DNA from: the human T2T-CHM13v2.0 reference genome, Homo sapiens
NCBI RefSeq assembly: GCF_009914755.1
Contig: NC_060929.1
DNA length: 64,000 nucleotides
Reading direction: 5' to 3' (one strand)
The notes beneath the pieces were generated by a model. The model saw only the letters and a list, made by a program, of their open reading frames with translations. It had not been told where the DNA came from and searched no databases. A program made the position numbers and the translations under genes. Below are positions 29,690-40,523 of this stretch, piece after piece (the first letter of the stretch is position 1; each line of letters starts with the position of its first letter).

Positions 29690-30990
29690 GAGATATAATT
29701 CACTTACCATAAAATTCACCCTTTTAAGGTACACAATTCAGTGAGGTTTAGTATATTCGCAGAGTTCTGCAACCATCAACACTAATTCCAGGACATTTTC
29801 ATCACCCCAAAAAAGAAACTCCGTACCAACTGGCAGTCACTCATCACTCCCCTCTCCCCGTAACCCATGGAAACCAATAATCTACATTCTGTCACTATGG
29901 ATTTACACATTCTGGACTTTTCAAATAAATGGACCCATACAATATGTGGCCTTTTGTAACTGCCTTCTTTCATTTAGCATATTTTCAAAATTTGTCCATG
30001 TTTAACCATGAATCAGCACTCCATTCCTTTTTGTAGCTAAATAATATTCCATTTTGTGGATACATTACATTGGGCTACATATTTATCAGTTGATGGACAT
30101 TGGCTTGTTTCTACATTCTGGCTATTATAATGCTATGAAAGTTTTGTACAAGTTTTTGTGTGGACATATATTTTCTCATTTTTCTTGTAGTATCTAGGAG
30201 TGAAATTGCTGGGTCAAGTGGTAATTCTACGTTTAACTTTTTGAGGATCTGAAAAACTGTTCTCCAAAGCAGCTGCACCATTTTATATTCCCATAAGAAA
30301 CATGTAAGGGTTCTAATTTATCCACATATCCACAACCAATCCTTGTTATTGTGTGTCTTTTTTTTTTTTTTTTTTTTTTTTTTGAGACAGTCTCGCTCTG
30401 TTGCCCAGGCTAGAGTGCCATGGTGCGATCTCGGCTCACTGAAACCTTCGTCTCCTGGGTTCAAGCTATTCTTGTGCCTCAGCCACCCATATAGTTGAAA
30501 CCATAGGCATGCACCACCACACCCGGCTAATTGTTGTATTTTTAGTAGAGACGGGATTTTGCCATGTGACTAGGGTGGTCTCAAACTCCTGGACTCAAGT
30601 GATCACCCCGCCTTGGCCTCCCAAAGTGCTAGGATTACAGGCATGAGCCACCACGCCCAGCCTGTTTTTCACCTTCTTGACAGTGTCCCTTGAAACACAA
30701 AAGTTTCTAATTGATGACATCAATTTTATCTATTTTTAATTTTGCTGCTTAAATTTTTGCTATCATATCTAAGAAATTACTACCTAACCCAAGATGACAA
30801 AGATTTATACCCATGTTTATTTCTAAGTGTCTTATAGTTTTAACTCTTTCATTTAGGTATTTGATCTATTTTGAGTTAATTTTGTATTCTACATGAGGTA
30901 GGGATCTAAATTCATTCTTTCGTATGTGGATATCCAGTTATCTCAGCACCATTTGTTGAAAGAAATATTCTTTCCCCATTGATTGGTCTT
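29690..30990 (-). mobile_element. L1MB-like 3' fragment with a nested Alu
   Basis: ttgagatataattcacttaccataaaattcaccc...tggatatccagtt...cagcaccatttgttgaaaga. Confidence 0.85.
30358..30662 (-). mobile_element. Alu (AluS/J)
   Basis: T-run plus full reverse-complement dimer. Confidence 0.93.
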
Positions 30991-31159
30991 GTAATATTAA
31001 CTGTTTTAAATCTATCTAAAATGTTCTATAGTTTAATTGTGGCAGTGGTGGCACAACTATATATTTGTCAAAACTCAAAGAACTATACACTAAGAAAAGT
31101 AAGTTTTATTGTATGCAAATAATATCTCAATAAACCTGATATTAAAAAATTCTACTCTA

Positions 31160-31475
31160 GGCCAGGCACAGTGGATCAGGCCTGGAATCCTAGCACTTTG
31201 GGAGGCTGATGTAGGAGAATCACTTGAGCCAGGAGTTTGAGACCAGCCTGGGCAACATAGTGAGACCCCGTATCTGAGAAACAAATTTTTTAATTAACAA
31301 GGCATGGTGACACATGCCTGAAACCTTCATCTCCTGAGGCACATGCCTGTAGTCCCTGCTTCTCAGGAGGCTGAGGTGGGAGGATCACTTGAGCCCAGGA
31401 GGTTGAGGCTGCACCGAGCCATGATTACACCACTGCACTCCAGCCTAGGTGACAGAGCAAGACTGCATTTCAAAA

Positions 31476-31526
<51 letters not shown>
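31160..31526 (+). mobile_element. AluJ with a (TA)n-extended tail and an internal insertion
   Basis: ggccaggcacagtgg...; tail A-run then (TA)n at ~31484-31526. Confidence 0.9.
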
Positions 31527-31527
<1 letters not shown>

Positions 31528-31720
31528 TTTAGATAAACAACTCATATAACATAAAGGATCATATACAAGGAAGATATGCTTCACAAATGTTGTAATATTG
31601 TTTGTAAAAAAGAACTTAGATACCATCTGTCTATCAAAAAAGTAGTAGCTACATAAAATGTCATATAGTCACAGGATTGAATTATATGCAATAAAGGAAT
31701 AAGCTAGTTTTATATATATA

Positions 31721-31751
<31 letters not shown>

Positions 31752-32195
31752 CACATGGTTTAAGCTCAGAAACAGTCCATTAAGTAAAAAAAAAAGAAGT
31801 GCACAATTTACAAACTAATTTATAACTTACAATACATGTTTTAAAATATATACAAAACCATACTATACAGGCTCTATGAGTATATATATAAGGATCTAAA
31901 GGTATCTCTTTAAGGTCTGGAAGAATATTCAGCAAACTGATAACACTCACTACTTCTCAAGAGGGTGAAAAAGACAACAGGATTGGGGGAGATGGTGAGA
32001 CAGAAGGTGAACTCTATCATTTCCTGACCTCCCTTGCAAAAAATTCATTAATTACTGTGATTAAAAAATTAATAATGTGGAATTTGTATGAGTTATAAAC
32101 AGTGGTCATAAGTATAGAACCATAGATTTTTAATGTATGTACTCATGTGTTCATCCCTGCAACCAAAACACACACACATATACACACGAGTCTTA

Positions 32196-32384
<189 letters not shown>

Positions 32385-33158
32385 TCAATTTAGGAAGAGC
32401 AGGCAACATAATGACTGCATCCAGAGTTACTCTCAGTCTTGGATAACCAAGAGGACAAGTAATCCTGATACATGGATGATGGCTCACCAGTGGCTGTACG
32501 TTTTTGATAATCAAACATACTATGACCTTACTAAGTGCTGGTGAGGACATGCAAATGACCCAGGATTTATGTAGGCTATACAGTCTCTGGCCTAATTTAC
32601 CTAACTGCTAAACACTAAGCAAATTATCAGCCTCCTTCGCGTCTCCTCTAAGGCTGGTTATGGCCTTCTTAAATTGATGGATTCTAATCGAGCCCACTTA
32701 CAAGCTCACATGCAGAACAATATCAGGTAAAATATTTTCTTCATTTTAAACTCTGTCCAATACCTAGAAATGTATGGTTTCCTAGGTGAAGACATGGAAA
32801 ACTACAAAGGCAGAATTGTACAAGTCAGAGGTGTCCTTAAATTATTTAAGAATTGAGACACAAGACAAAGTTGAATGCCTTTTTAAATAATAGATTCAGA
32901 GTGAGTATATAGGGCAAAGGCAGGGTACACACTCTGGAAAAAGCCAGTAATAATTTGCTGCTACACTGCAACAAGTTTTACCATCTGGAAAATAAAAGAA
33001 AGTTCATTTTCATTGTCATATCAGCTTTATTACACTGAAGAATGTGATAGTCTTTTAATTCATGATAAGGAAGTGACGGAAGCTGCCATTTGTTCCACAT
33101 ACAGCACAGCAATTTAATTTGCAAGCTAATCGGCAGGAGCCAAGCTGGGTTCCACATC

Positions 33159-33522
33159 TGATATGGTTTGGCTGTGTCCCCTCCCAAATCTCATCTTGAA
33201 TTGTAGCTCCCATAATCCCCACATGTCATGGGAGAGACTCAGTGGGAGGTAACTGAATCACGGGGGCGGGTTTTCCTGTGCTGTTCCCATGATAGTGAAT
33301 AAGTCTCACCAGATCTGATGGTTTTATAAAGGGCAGTTCCCCTGCACACGCTCTCTTGCCTGCTGCCATGTAACATGTATCTGGGCTCCTCCTTCACCTT
33401 CCACCATGATTATGAGGCCTCCCCAGCCATGTGGAACTGTGAGTCCATTAAAACTCTTTTTATTTATAAATTACTCAGTCTCAGGTATGTCTTTATCAGT
33501 AGCCTGAGAATGGAGTAACACA
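33159..33522 (+). mobile_element. THE1 solo LTR
   Basis: tgatatggtttggctgtgtccc...taacaca; perfect TSD acatc at 33154-33158 and 33523-33527. Confidence 0.94.
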
Positions 33523-33681
33523 ACATCACACACAGAATCTCTCTCGGGTTGAAACTACCCTCTGAGACCTGTTTAAAGGGCATATCCAGATGCTTTCCTC
33601 TGACTTCCTCATAGCTCTAAAAGGACTCCCACTGAAAATCCCTCTATGGGTCAAGCAATGTGATTAAAAATTTCCACTCAC

Positions 33682-33717
33682 CTTTTTCCAACAAAGAATC
33701 ACCAGAGTGCTTAAGGA
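33682..33717 (-). CDS. PRELID2: PRELID2 36-nt in-frame cassette exon (SLSTLVILCWKK)
   Basis: Acceptor tctctctttgaag|TCC, donor AAG|gtgagt, phase 0-0. The peptide matches the 12-aa insert of the long PRELID2 isoform as recalled. Confidence 0.85.
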
Positions 33718-34234
33718 CTTCAAAGAGAGAAAACAATTTGCTATCATGAAGATTTCATCATCAATGATATTACTTTAGAGAAATACACATAAAGACTTAC
33801 AGAGGGTGTGGAGAACCTTATACTCTGGGAAATAACTGTTATCTCTGATAGTGAATTAGAAACTGAAGTTTTTCTCTTTCTTATTAAAGATGAGACTAAA
33901 TATTTACATTCTTCCCATTTCTGATCATTCTCACCTAAGAGTAATTTCTAATCATGAACAGATTAGATAGTCACTTCATGCAAAATGCCAAAAGTATCTT
34001 TAAAGTAACTGCACAATATCTCTATGTCCATTAAGAGTTCTTCACAAGACAGAGAGACAAAGTATCTCCAGTGGCATCTGCTAAAAGTGAGGTTGGATAA
34101 GAAAGAGCTTTCTTCCTCAGAAGGTTCTGAGGTAAAAGGAGTAGGAAGTTTCTAACGCTCCTTTACATCAAAAATGCTGTTCCTTTTCATGACTATTAAA
34201 AATTACTCAATGTTACAACTGTGATTACATTTTA

Positions 34235-34525
<291 letters not shown>

Positions 34526-34933
34526 AATGAATCTTTTAAAGTCAGTATCAATTTTCTATTTGCAAGATTCCTACAGAAAATGTTTAACTCAAAATTCAGT
34601 TTCCCTGACACTTTTCAGGGCCGAATCAGGTATTCCTTATCTGGGATGAAGGAATAAGGGTACAACAGTAACTCAGAATGCACACTCCAATGTCAAGGAT
34701 GAAAGAATCACAACCGTTCGCTGCTCTGGACTATCCGTGTCAGTACTCCAATGACGATGACCAGTGGGACTCCTGCTCAACTCCAAAGAGAATGTTTCAA
34801 CAAAAAGGGGGAGAACCTGATGCTGCTACCTTTTGTACCGAACTTTCAAGCACAGATTTCTGGCTGCAAAATTTAAACCCATAATTAATTATATTAGCCA
34901 CATTTCTCTCTCATAAGGGAGTAGACTTCCTAT

Positions 34934-35447
34934 TGTTACCGGCAGCAAACCTGTACGGTTCTGCAGCAACCTCAATTATGGTCTCCTCAGAAGAAGAAGG
35001 AATTCGACTGAGGGGCATAAGGCAGAAGGAGGGACCAAGACAAGTTTTAGAGCAGGAGTGAAAGTTTATTTAAAAAGAATAGGAAATGGCTATTCCTGTT
35101 CTTTTTATAAACTTTCCTAAACAGGAAAAAGCTATTCCGCTTCCTTTAGAATGGGAATGAAAGGAAGGAAAGTACCAGTTAGAAGACAGCCAAGCGGGCA
35201 ACCTGAAAGGCAAGCGTGTGGTCTGACCTTTCGACTTGGGGTTTTACACATGTTGGCATATATCCGGGGTCTTACATCACTTCTCCCAACTCCTGAGATC
35301 TTATCAGGAAGCTGCTGATCATCAGTTTCAGGTGTTTTCTATCTATTAGAAGCGTGCCTTTGCCTGGTGCCAGCTGTGACCAATTATTACTTTAGAGAGA
35401 CAGTTAACAACCGCCTGACCGTCACCTGATGGTCATCCAACTCTCCT

Positions 35448-35505
<58 letters not shown>

Positions 35506-35745
35506 GTCCTCTTCTGTGTGTGTGTGTGTGTGTAAGTCCTCTTCTGTGTGTGTGTATGTGTGTGTAAGCCCTCTTCTGTGTGTATGTGTGTGTAAGCCCT
35601 CTTCTGTGTGTTTAAGCTCTCTTCTGTGTGTGTGTATGTGTGTAAGCCCTCTTCTGTGTATGTGTGTGTAAGCCCTCGTGTTTGTGTGTGTGTGTGTAAG
35701 CCCTCTTCTGTCCTGCTCATACCTGACTAGCTACCTACTGTAACA
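34934..35745 (-). mobile_element. ERV1 solo LTR (MER50-like)
   Basis: TG...CA ends (tgttacc...ctgtaaca); 4-bp TSD ctat/ctag; ctgcagcaacctcaatt...gaattcgactgaggggcataaggcaga motif; minus-strand AATAAA at 35070-35065. Confidence 0.8.
35449..35711. repeat. Composite (TG)n + TAAGCCCTCTTC minisatellite inside the LTR
   Basis: A long (TG)n run followed by 8 units of TAAGYYCTCTTC-like spacer plus TG tracts. Confidence 0.92.
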
Positions 35746-36632
35746 CTAGGACTGCAACCATTTTGTTCTGCGGTGAAGTTTCCAGAATTAAGCCAGGGAT
35801 GTAAAAAACAATGTTAGTTAAGAAAAAGAAAGGCAGAGGCAGAGAAAAGAATAAATTCTGAAGTGCAGTCTTCTGCTTTGTGAATCACTGTGACTTAGCC
35901 ATGCTGTTACAGGTTTTCTCAAAGCTCTGGCTATAGTAGTCCCAACCCTTGATGCAAAAACCCTGACTGCCCAGAAGCTGTTGATAGGGTGCAAACCCCT
36001 CTGCCCATTGGCCCTCCCTTTGGCCATCTCATCCAGTGTTTGCTGCACACATACTCGAAATGGATTAGCCACTCCCAAAGGCAAAGATGCCCCTGACGAT
36101 GACAGAAATTATAATTAACATTTCAATTTAGAATATGCACAGTGTTCTCTCATTTGATCTTCCTAACAACCTAAAAACAAGATTATTTTCCCGTTTGACA
36201 GATGAAGAAACTGAGGCTCCAAAAAGTTGGGTCACCAAGGTAGTAATGAAATCAAGATTTGAAATCCAGTTTGTCTGATGACAAATAATAAGTTTCTCTC
36301 ACACTGCAGGTACATGAGAAAATATTTTTAATATATCTATATGGTTATAGAATTACAGAAAATGCATATACAAGCAAAAGGCAGTTATGTTTACCAAGCA
36401 CAGAGAGGGCTTCAGAGTCACACACAATGAACAGTAGCATCTCATGATTCCTAAGAAGGGTAAAGAGCATGCTGGACCTAGGCCCCAGTGTCCCCAAAGC
36501 TTTGTACATTGACTATGTGCATTGTCACAGCTTCCTGCATTGCCCAGTTCTCAAGTTTAAACACTGACACTAATAATGGTTTTTGCTGGAGATGGGGATA
36601 ACACAGAACAGAAGAGATTCCTATGCTCTAGA

Positions 36633-36840
36633 CCAGGAATCAGTAAACATTTTCTGCAAAGAATCAGATGCTAAATAATTTAAGTTTTGTGGGCAATAAA
36701 GTCTCTGTGGCAACTGGTCAACTCTGCTGTTGTAGTGAGGAAGCAGTCGTAGATGACATGTAAACAAATGTGACTATGTTCCAGTCAAACTTTATTTACT
36801 AAAACAGGCAGCACAAGCCATAGCTTGTCAACTCCTGATT
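36633..36840. mobile_element. MER58-like hAT MITE
   Basis: caggaatcagtaaacattttctgcaaag...aaactttatttactaaaacaggcagc...gtcaactcctg with short terminal inverted repeats. Confidence 0.7.
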
Positions 36841-37401
36841 TAGTCAATGCTAAACCACACTGCCTAGTAGTTGTGATTCCATAAGCCATCACTTTATAGT
36901 CATATCTCGTATTTAATCATATGCATTTTGCCTTCTACAAAATGATATAATAGGCTACAGCCATGTGACCTTGAGCAAGTCACTTAACTTCTCTGTATCC
37001 CAGTTTCTCCATTCATTAAATGAGTAGTCTAACACCTATTCCAAACATTGTTCTGAATATTAAATGAATTAATAAGAGTACCTGCCACATATTAAGTGCT
37101 CAAAAATGTTAGCAGTTACAATTATATATAGCTCAGTGTTGTCATCAATTATTAGTTAGAAAGTGACAAAAAGCATCAGCAGGCCTTTTACTATCACAAA
37201 TCCTGGTGCTCTACCTGCCACATCTTTCTAAGTCACCTCAAGTACAGAAATATACCTGTTTAAAAACTAATAATGGAAGAAACTGCAGGTGAACAATTTT
37301 TTAAAAAAAACCTAATAGGCCACACACACACGTACACACATCTTTACAAAAATCACTATCATTTAATGATCATTACTGAAAAAACTGTACAGAGAACTTA
37401 C

Positions 37402-37459
37402 CTCTTTTTTCCTCCATGATTTTTACTGAGATGACATTTTTATCCATGGGGTTGGGGTA
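37402..37459 (-). CDS. PRELID2: PRELID2 coding exon 2 (YPNPMDKNVISVKIMEEKR), 58 nt
   Basis: Acceptor ttttgtttag|TAC, donor G|gtaagt. Completes the PRELI-family KYPNP motif in frame with exon 1. Confidence 0.96.
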
Positions 37460-38748
37460 CTAAACAAAAATATATAAAAAAGAATTACCATTAATCTTCT
37501 ACCAAGGTGAACTATTTAGAAGTAACCACAGCTGTCTGCAGGACTAGTAAATATTTTCCAAGAAACTTCTAAACAAAGCCCAGTTTTGAATCATGGATCT
37601 TAATTTTATAACTTGGGCCTAGATAAGTGAGATGCTATCATCATCTTGACTTACATGAAATCTGGGGAAAACCTTCTTTAGATCCAACTAGCCCTGAGGG
37701 GGATGAGATTAAGCTAATCAGTAAATAATAATACTATTAATATTGAACCAGCCTAACATAAATCAAGAGTGTTCTTTGTGCTAGGCACTGTACTAAATGC
37801 TTTCCTTGCACAATCTTGTCTAAATCCAACAGCCTCTCTGTTATAACTGATTTATGTGATACCACCATCCCCATCTTTCAGATACGGAAACTGAATGAAG
37901 ACTGGATTGCTTAGGGTCACCCAGCTGGCTCCTGGTGGAGCCAGGGAATTAAACCAGGCCTGTTTAATACAGAGTGGACCTCTTCACTGTGGTCTAATAT
38001 CATTGTCTGGTGGCTGGGTTAGCATCACAGTAGCATAGTCATAGAAGTATGCTTTGCTAGGCACATAGTAAATACTCAATAAATATTTAACATGTTAATT
38101 TAATTCCCCTGAAAAGCAATTTGGCTGTGACAAGGTTGATAATAGCCACTGCTTTTGTCTTAGGCAATTTAAATACTTTAGATACATTAGCTCAGTTAAT
38201 TCACAAAACCATTCTATAAGGTATGTGTTATTTTTTCCACTTCATATATGAAAAATAAGGCTTAGACAAATTAGATAATTTGCTCAAATTGTCCAGCTAA
38301 TGAATAGTGTATCTGGGGGGTAACATAATTTACCCCCGATACTTTCTGCCAGCCTGCAAAGCCTGCCCACCTAACCTACCACCAAATCACCTAAGAGTTA
38401 AATTAACACAATCCTTTCCACTACTCAGATGTGAAAAGAGAGACACTGGGAGCAGAAGTGACCTCCTAGAAGCCACAGGACAAGGTAGCTGCTGACCAAA
38501 GCCTACTGAGCCCCCTTGGACTCTCTTCCCTGAGGTTTACCGACGTATCATGTGATCAAATCTGAAAAGAAAATTGGCAGGAAGTCTTATCCATGACATC
38601 ACAAAGTGCTGAGCAGAAGGCAAAAGCAGCAGGCAGGCTGAGGGGAGAAAGAAGAAAGGCCCCTCACTTTGCAAACTTGAGCTTTAAGTTTTCCGAACCC
38701 TAGGAAGTGAAATACAAAACTCTGACTGTGGGTCTCCACCCACAGCAG

Positions 38749-38750
<2 letters not shown>

Positions 38751-38802
<52 letters not shown>
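38751..38802. repeat. (GT)n microsatellite
   Basis: About 26 perfect GT units. Confidence 0.95.
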
Positions 38803-38805
<3 letters not shown>

Positions 38806-39250
38806 ATATTGATTTATTAATGGATTTTTCAGGGAAAGGGGTTCATCATTTTAACACATTCTTAAAGATATCTGTGACCCAAAAAGACACTAGATTAGAA
38901 CACAGGCTCTCTGAGGGCAGGAATACTGTCTATTTCAGTTACTCCTGTATCTCCAACAGCCAGCGTAATGCCTGGCACATAAAAAGCACTCAGTCAATAT
39001 TTTCTGGATAAATAAAAAATTGGGAATATAAACCTCAATGACCTCAGGGATCAATTTGGAAAATGAGCCTGCCTTCAGTCAGAAACCAATCTATGAAGAG
39101 AGCAGTGGCTCAGCTTTCAGCAACCTCAATATCTCTTCATGTTTCATGTTGGTAAACTCTGTCATTCACACTTCCATCCTGGAAACTGAAATCTTGATAA
39201 CTGATGAAAAACTTGGTTTTTAAAAATCTATTTATTTATATATTCATTCA

Positions 39251-39628
<378 letters not shown>

Positions 39629-40201
39629 TTACATGCCCATGACAGAGGGTCAGGTTTAGATACTCTGCTCCTCAGGAAAGGAGACTTTCGCTTACACAGT
39701 ACCCCTAAAGCAAGGGAGATATTTGAGACTCACACAGGTCCTCTGAATTGTGATTATATGTGTATAAATTATAACTTGTACACTAAAGTAAAATGTGCTT
39801 ATCTCGTTTACTACAGTTCTAGTTTGTTCATTACATACCCATAAATATATATTGACTGAATATTACAAATTCAACATAAGTTGTAGAAAGATAACTAAAC
39901 TATAAAAGACGTTGAAAATGTAAACACCAGGGAGACATGATGATCAAATTTTTCAAGTTCTGATTACTTCACTAAGCTATCAGAGAAATTCTTAAACATT
40001 ATAAACTCAAATACTTCACACTTACATAATTTTTGGAGTTGAACAGCCAAGAGCCTCAAGTTTCCATAGAAGAACAGTAGAAGAAAGTAGGGGTTTATTT
40101 GCAATAGCTAACTACCATACTATGAAAGGCACATATTTCAACCTCTTTAAAGATTTATTGAACTGAGGCTCCCCCTACCTGGCATTACTTGAAATGATCT
40201 G

Positions 40202-40217
40202 ACGCCATCTTGTGGTA
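40202..40217 (-). promoter_or_regulatory. Candidate CTCF core motif overlapping a YY1 motif
   Basis: Minus strand reads CCACAAGATGGCG: near-match to CTCF CC[AG][CG][CT]AG[AG][GT]GGC (one mismatch) and contains the YY1 core AAGATGGCG. The CpG is retained in AT-rich DNA. Confidence 0.5.
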
Positions 40218-40320
40218 ACTTGAATATTCATGTTTTAATGCATGAAAATTTACCAAAACTCCCATGAGAAAAAGTTGAAAGAGGGAAGGCTTCTCAGAGG
40301 TCAATACCAGGAACACTTAC

Positions 40321-40523
40321 CTGGGAAGACAGGAGGCAGATGGCCAGGTTTTTCTGGACACCTTTTCAAACACAATCCAGTATGACTGCAGAATTGATCA
40401 AGCTGAATCAGGATCACACCCATCAAAGACTTAACTGAGCAGCTACTGTGTTCACGCAGGGTGCTATCCTAGAGAAGCTGCCATGCGCATGATCTCATTC
40501 AGTCCTTCTCAAAGCGTGGAAAC
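40321..40523 (-). other. PRELID2: Probable 203-nt alternative exon of PRELID2 in intron 1; carries an early in-frame stop
   Basis: Consensus donor CAG|GTAAGT at 40321/40320 and acceptor tacttgatag|GTTTCC at 40524/40523. Read in frame from exon 1 it gives GTT TCC ACG CTT TGA. The donor is strong; the acceptor choice is less certain (another AG lies at 40387-40386). Confidence 0.65.

Noticed and set aside
35449-35711. Repeat-spacer pattern superficially like a CRISPR array
   Set aside because: The spacers are just (TG)n, the units are 12 nt, the context is a primate LTR, and there are no cas genes.
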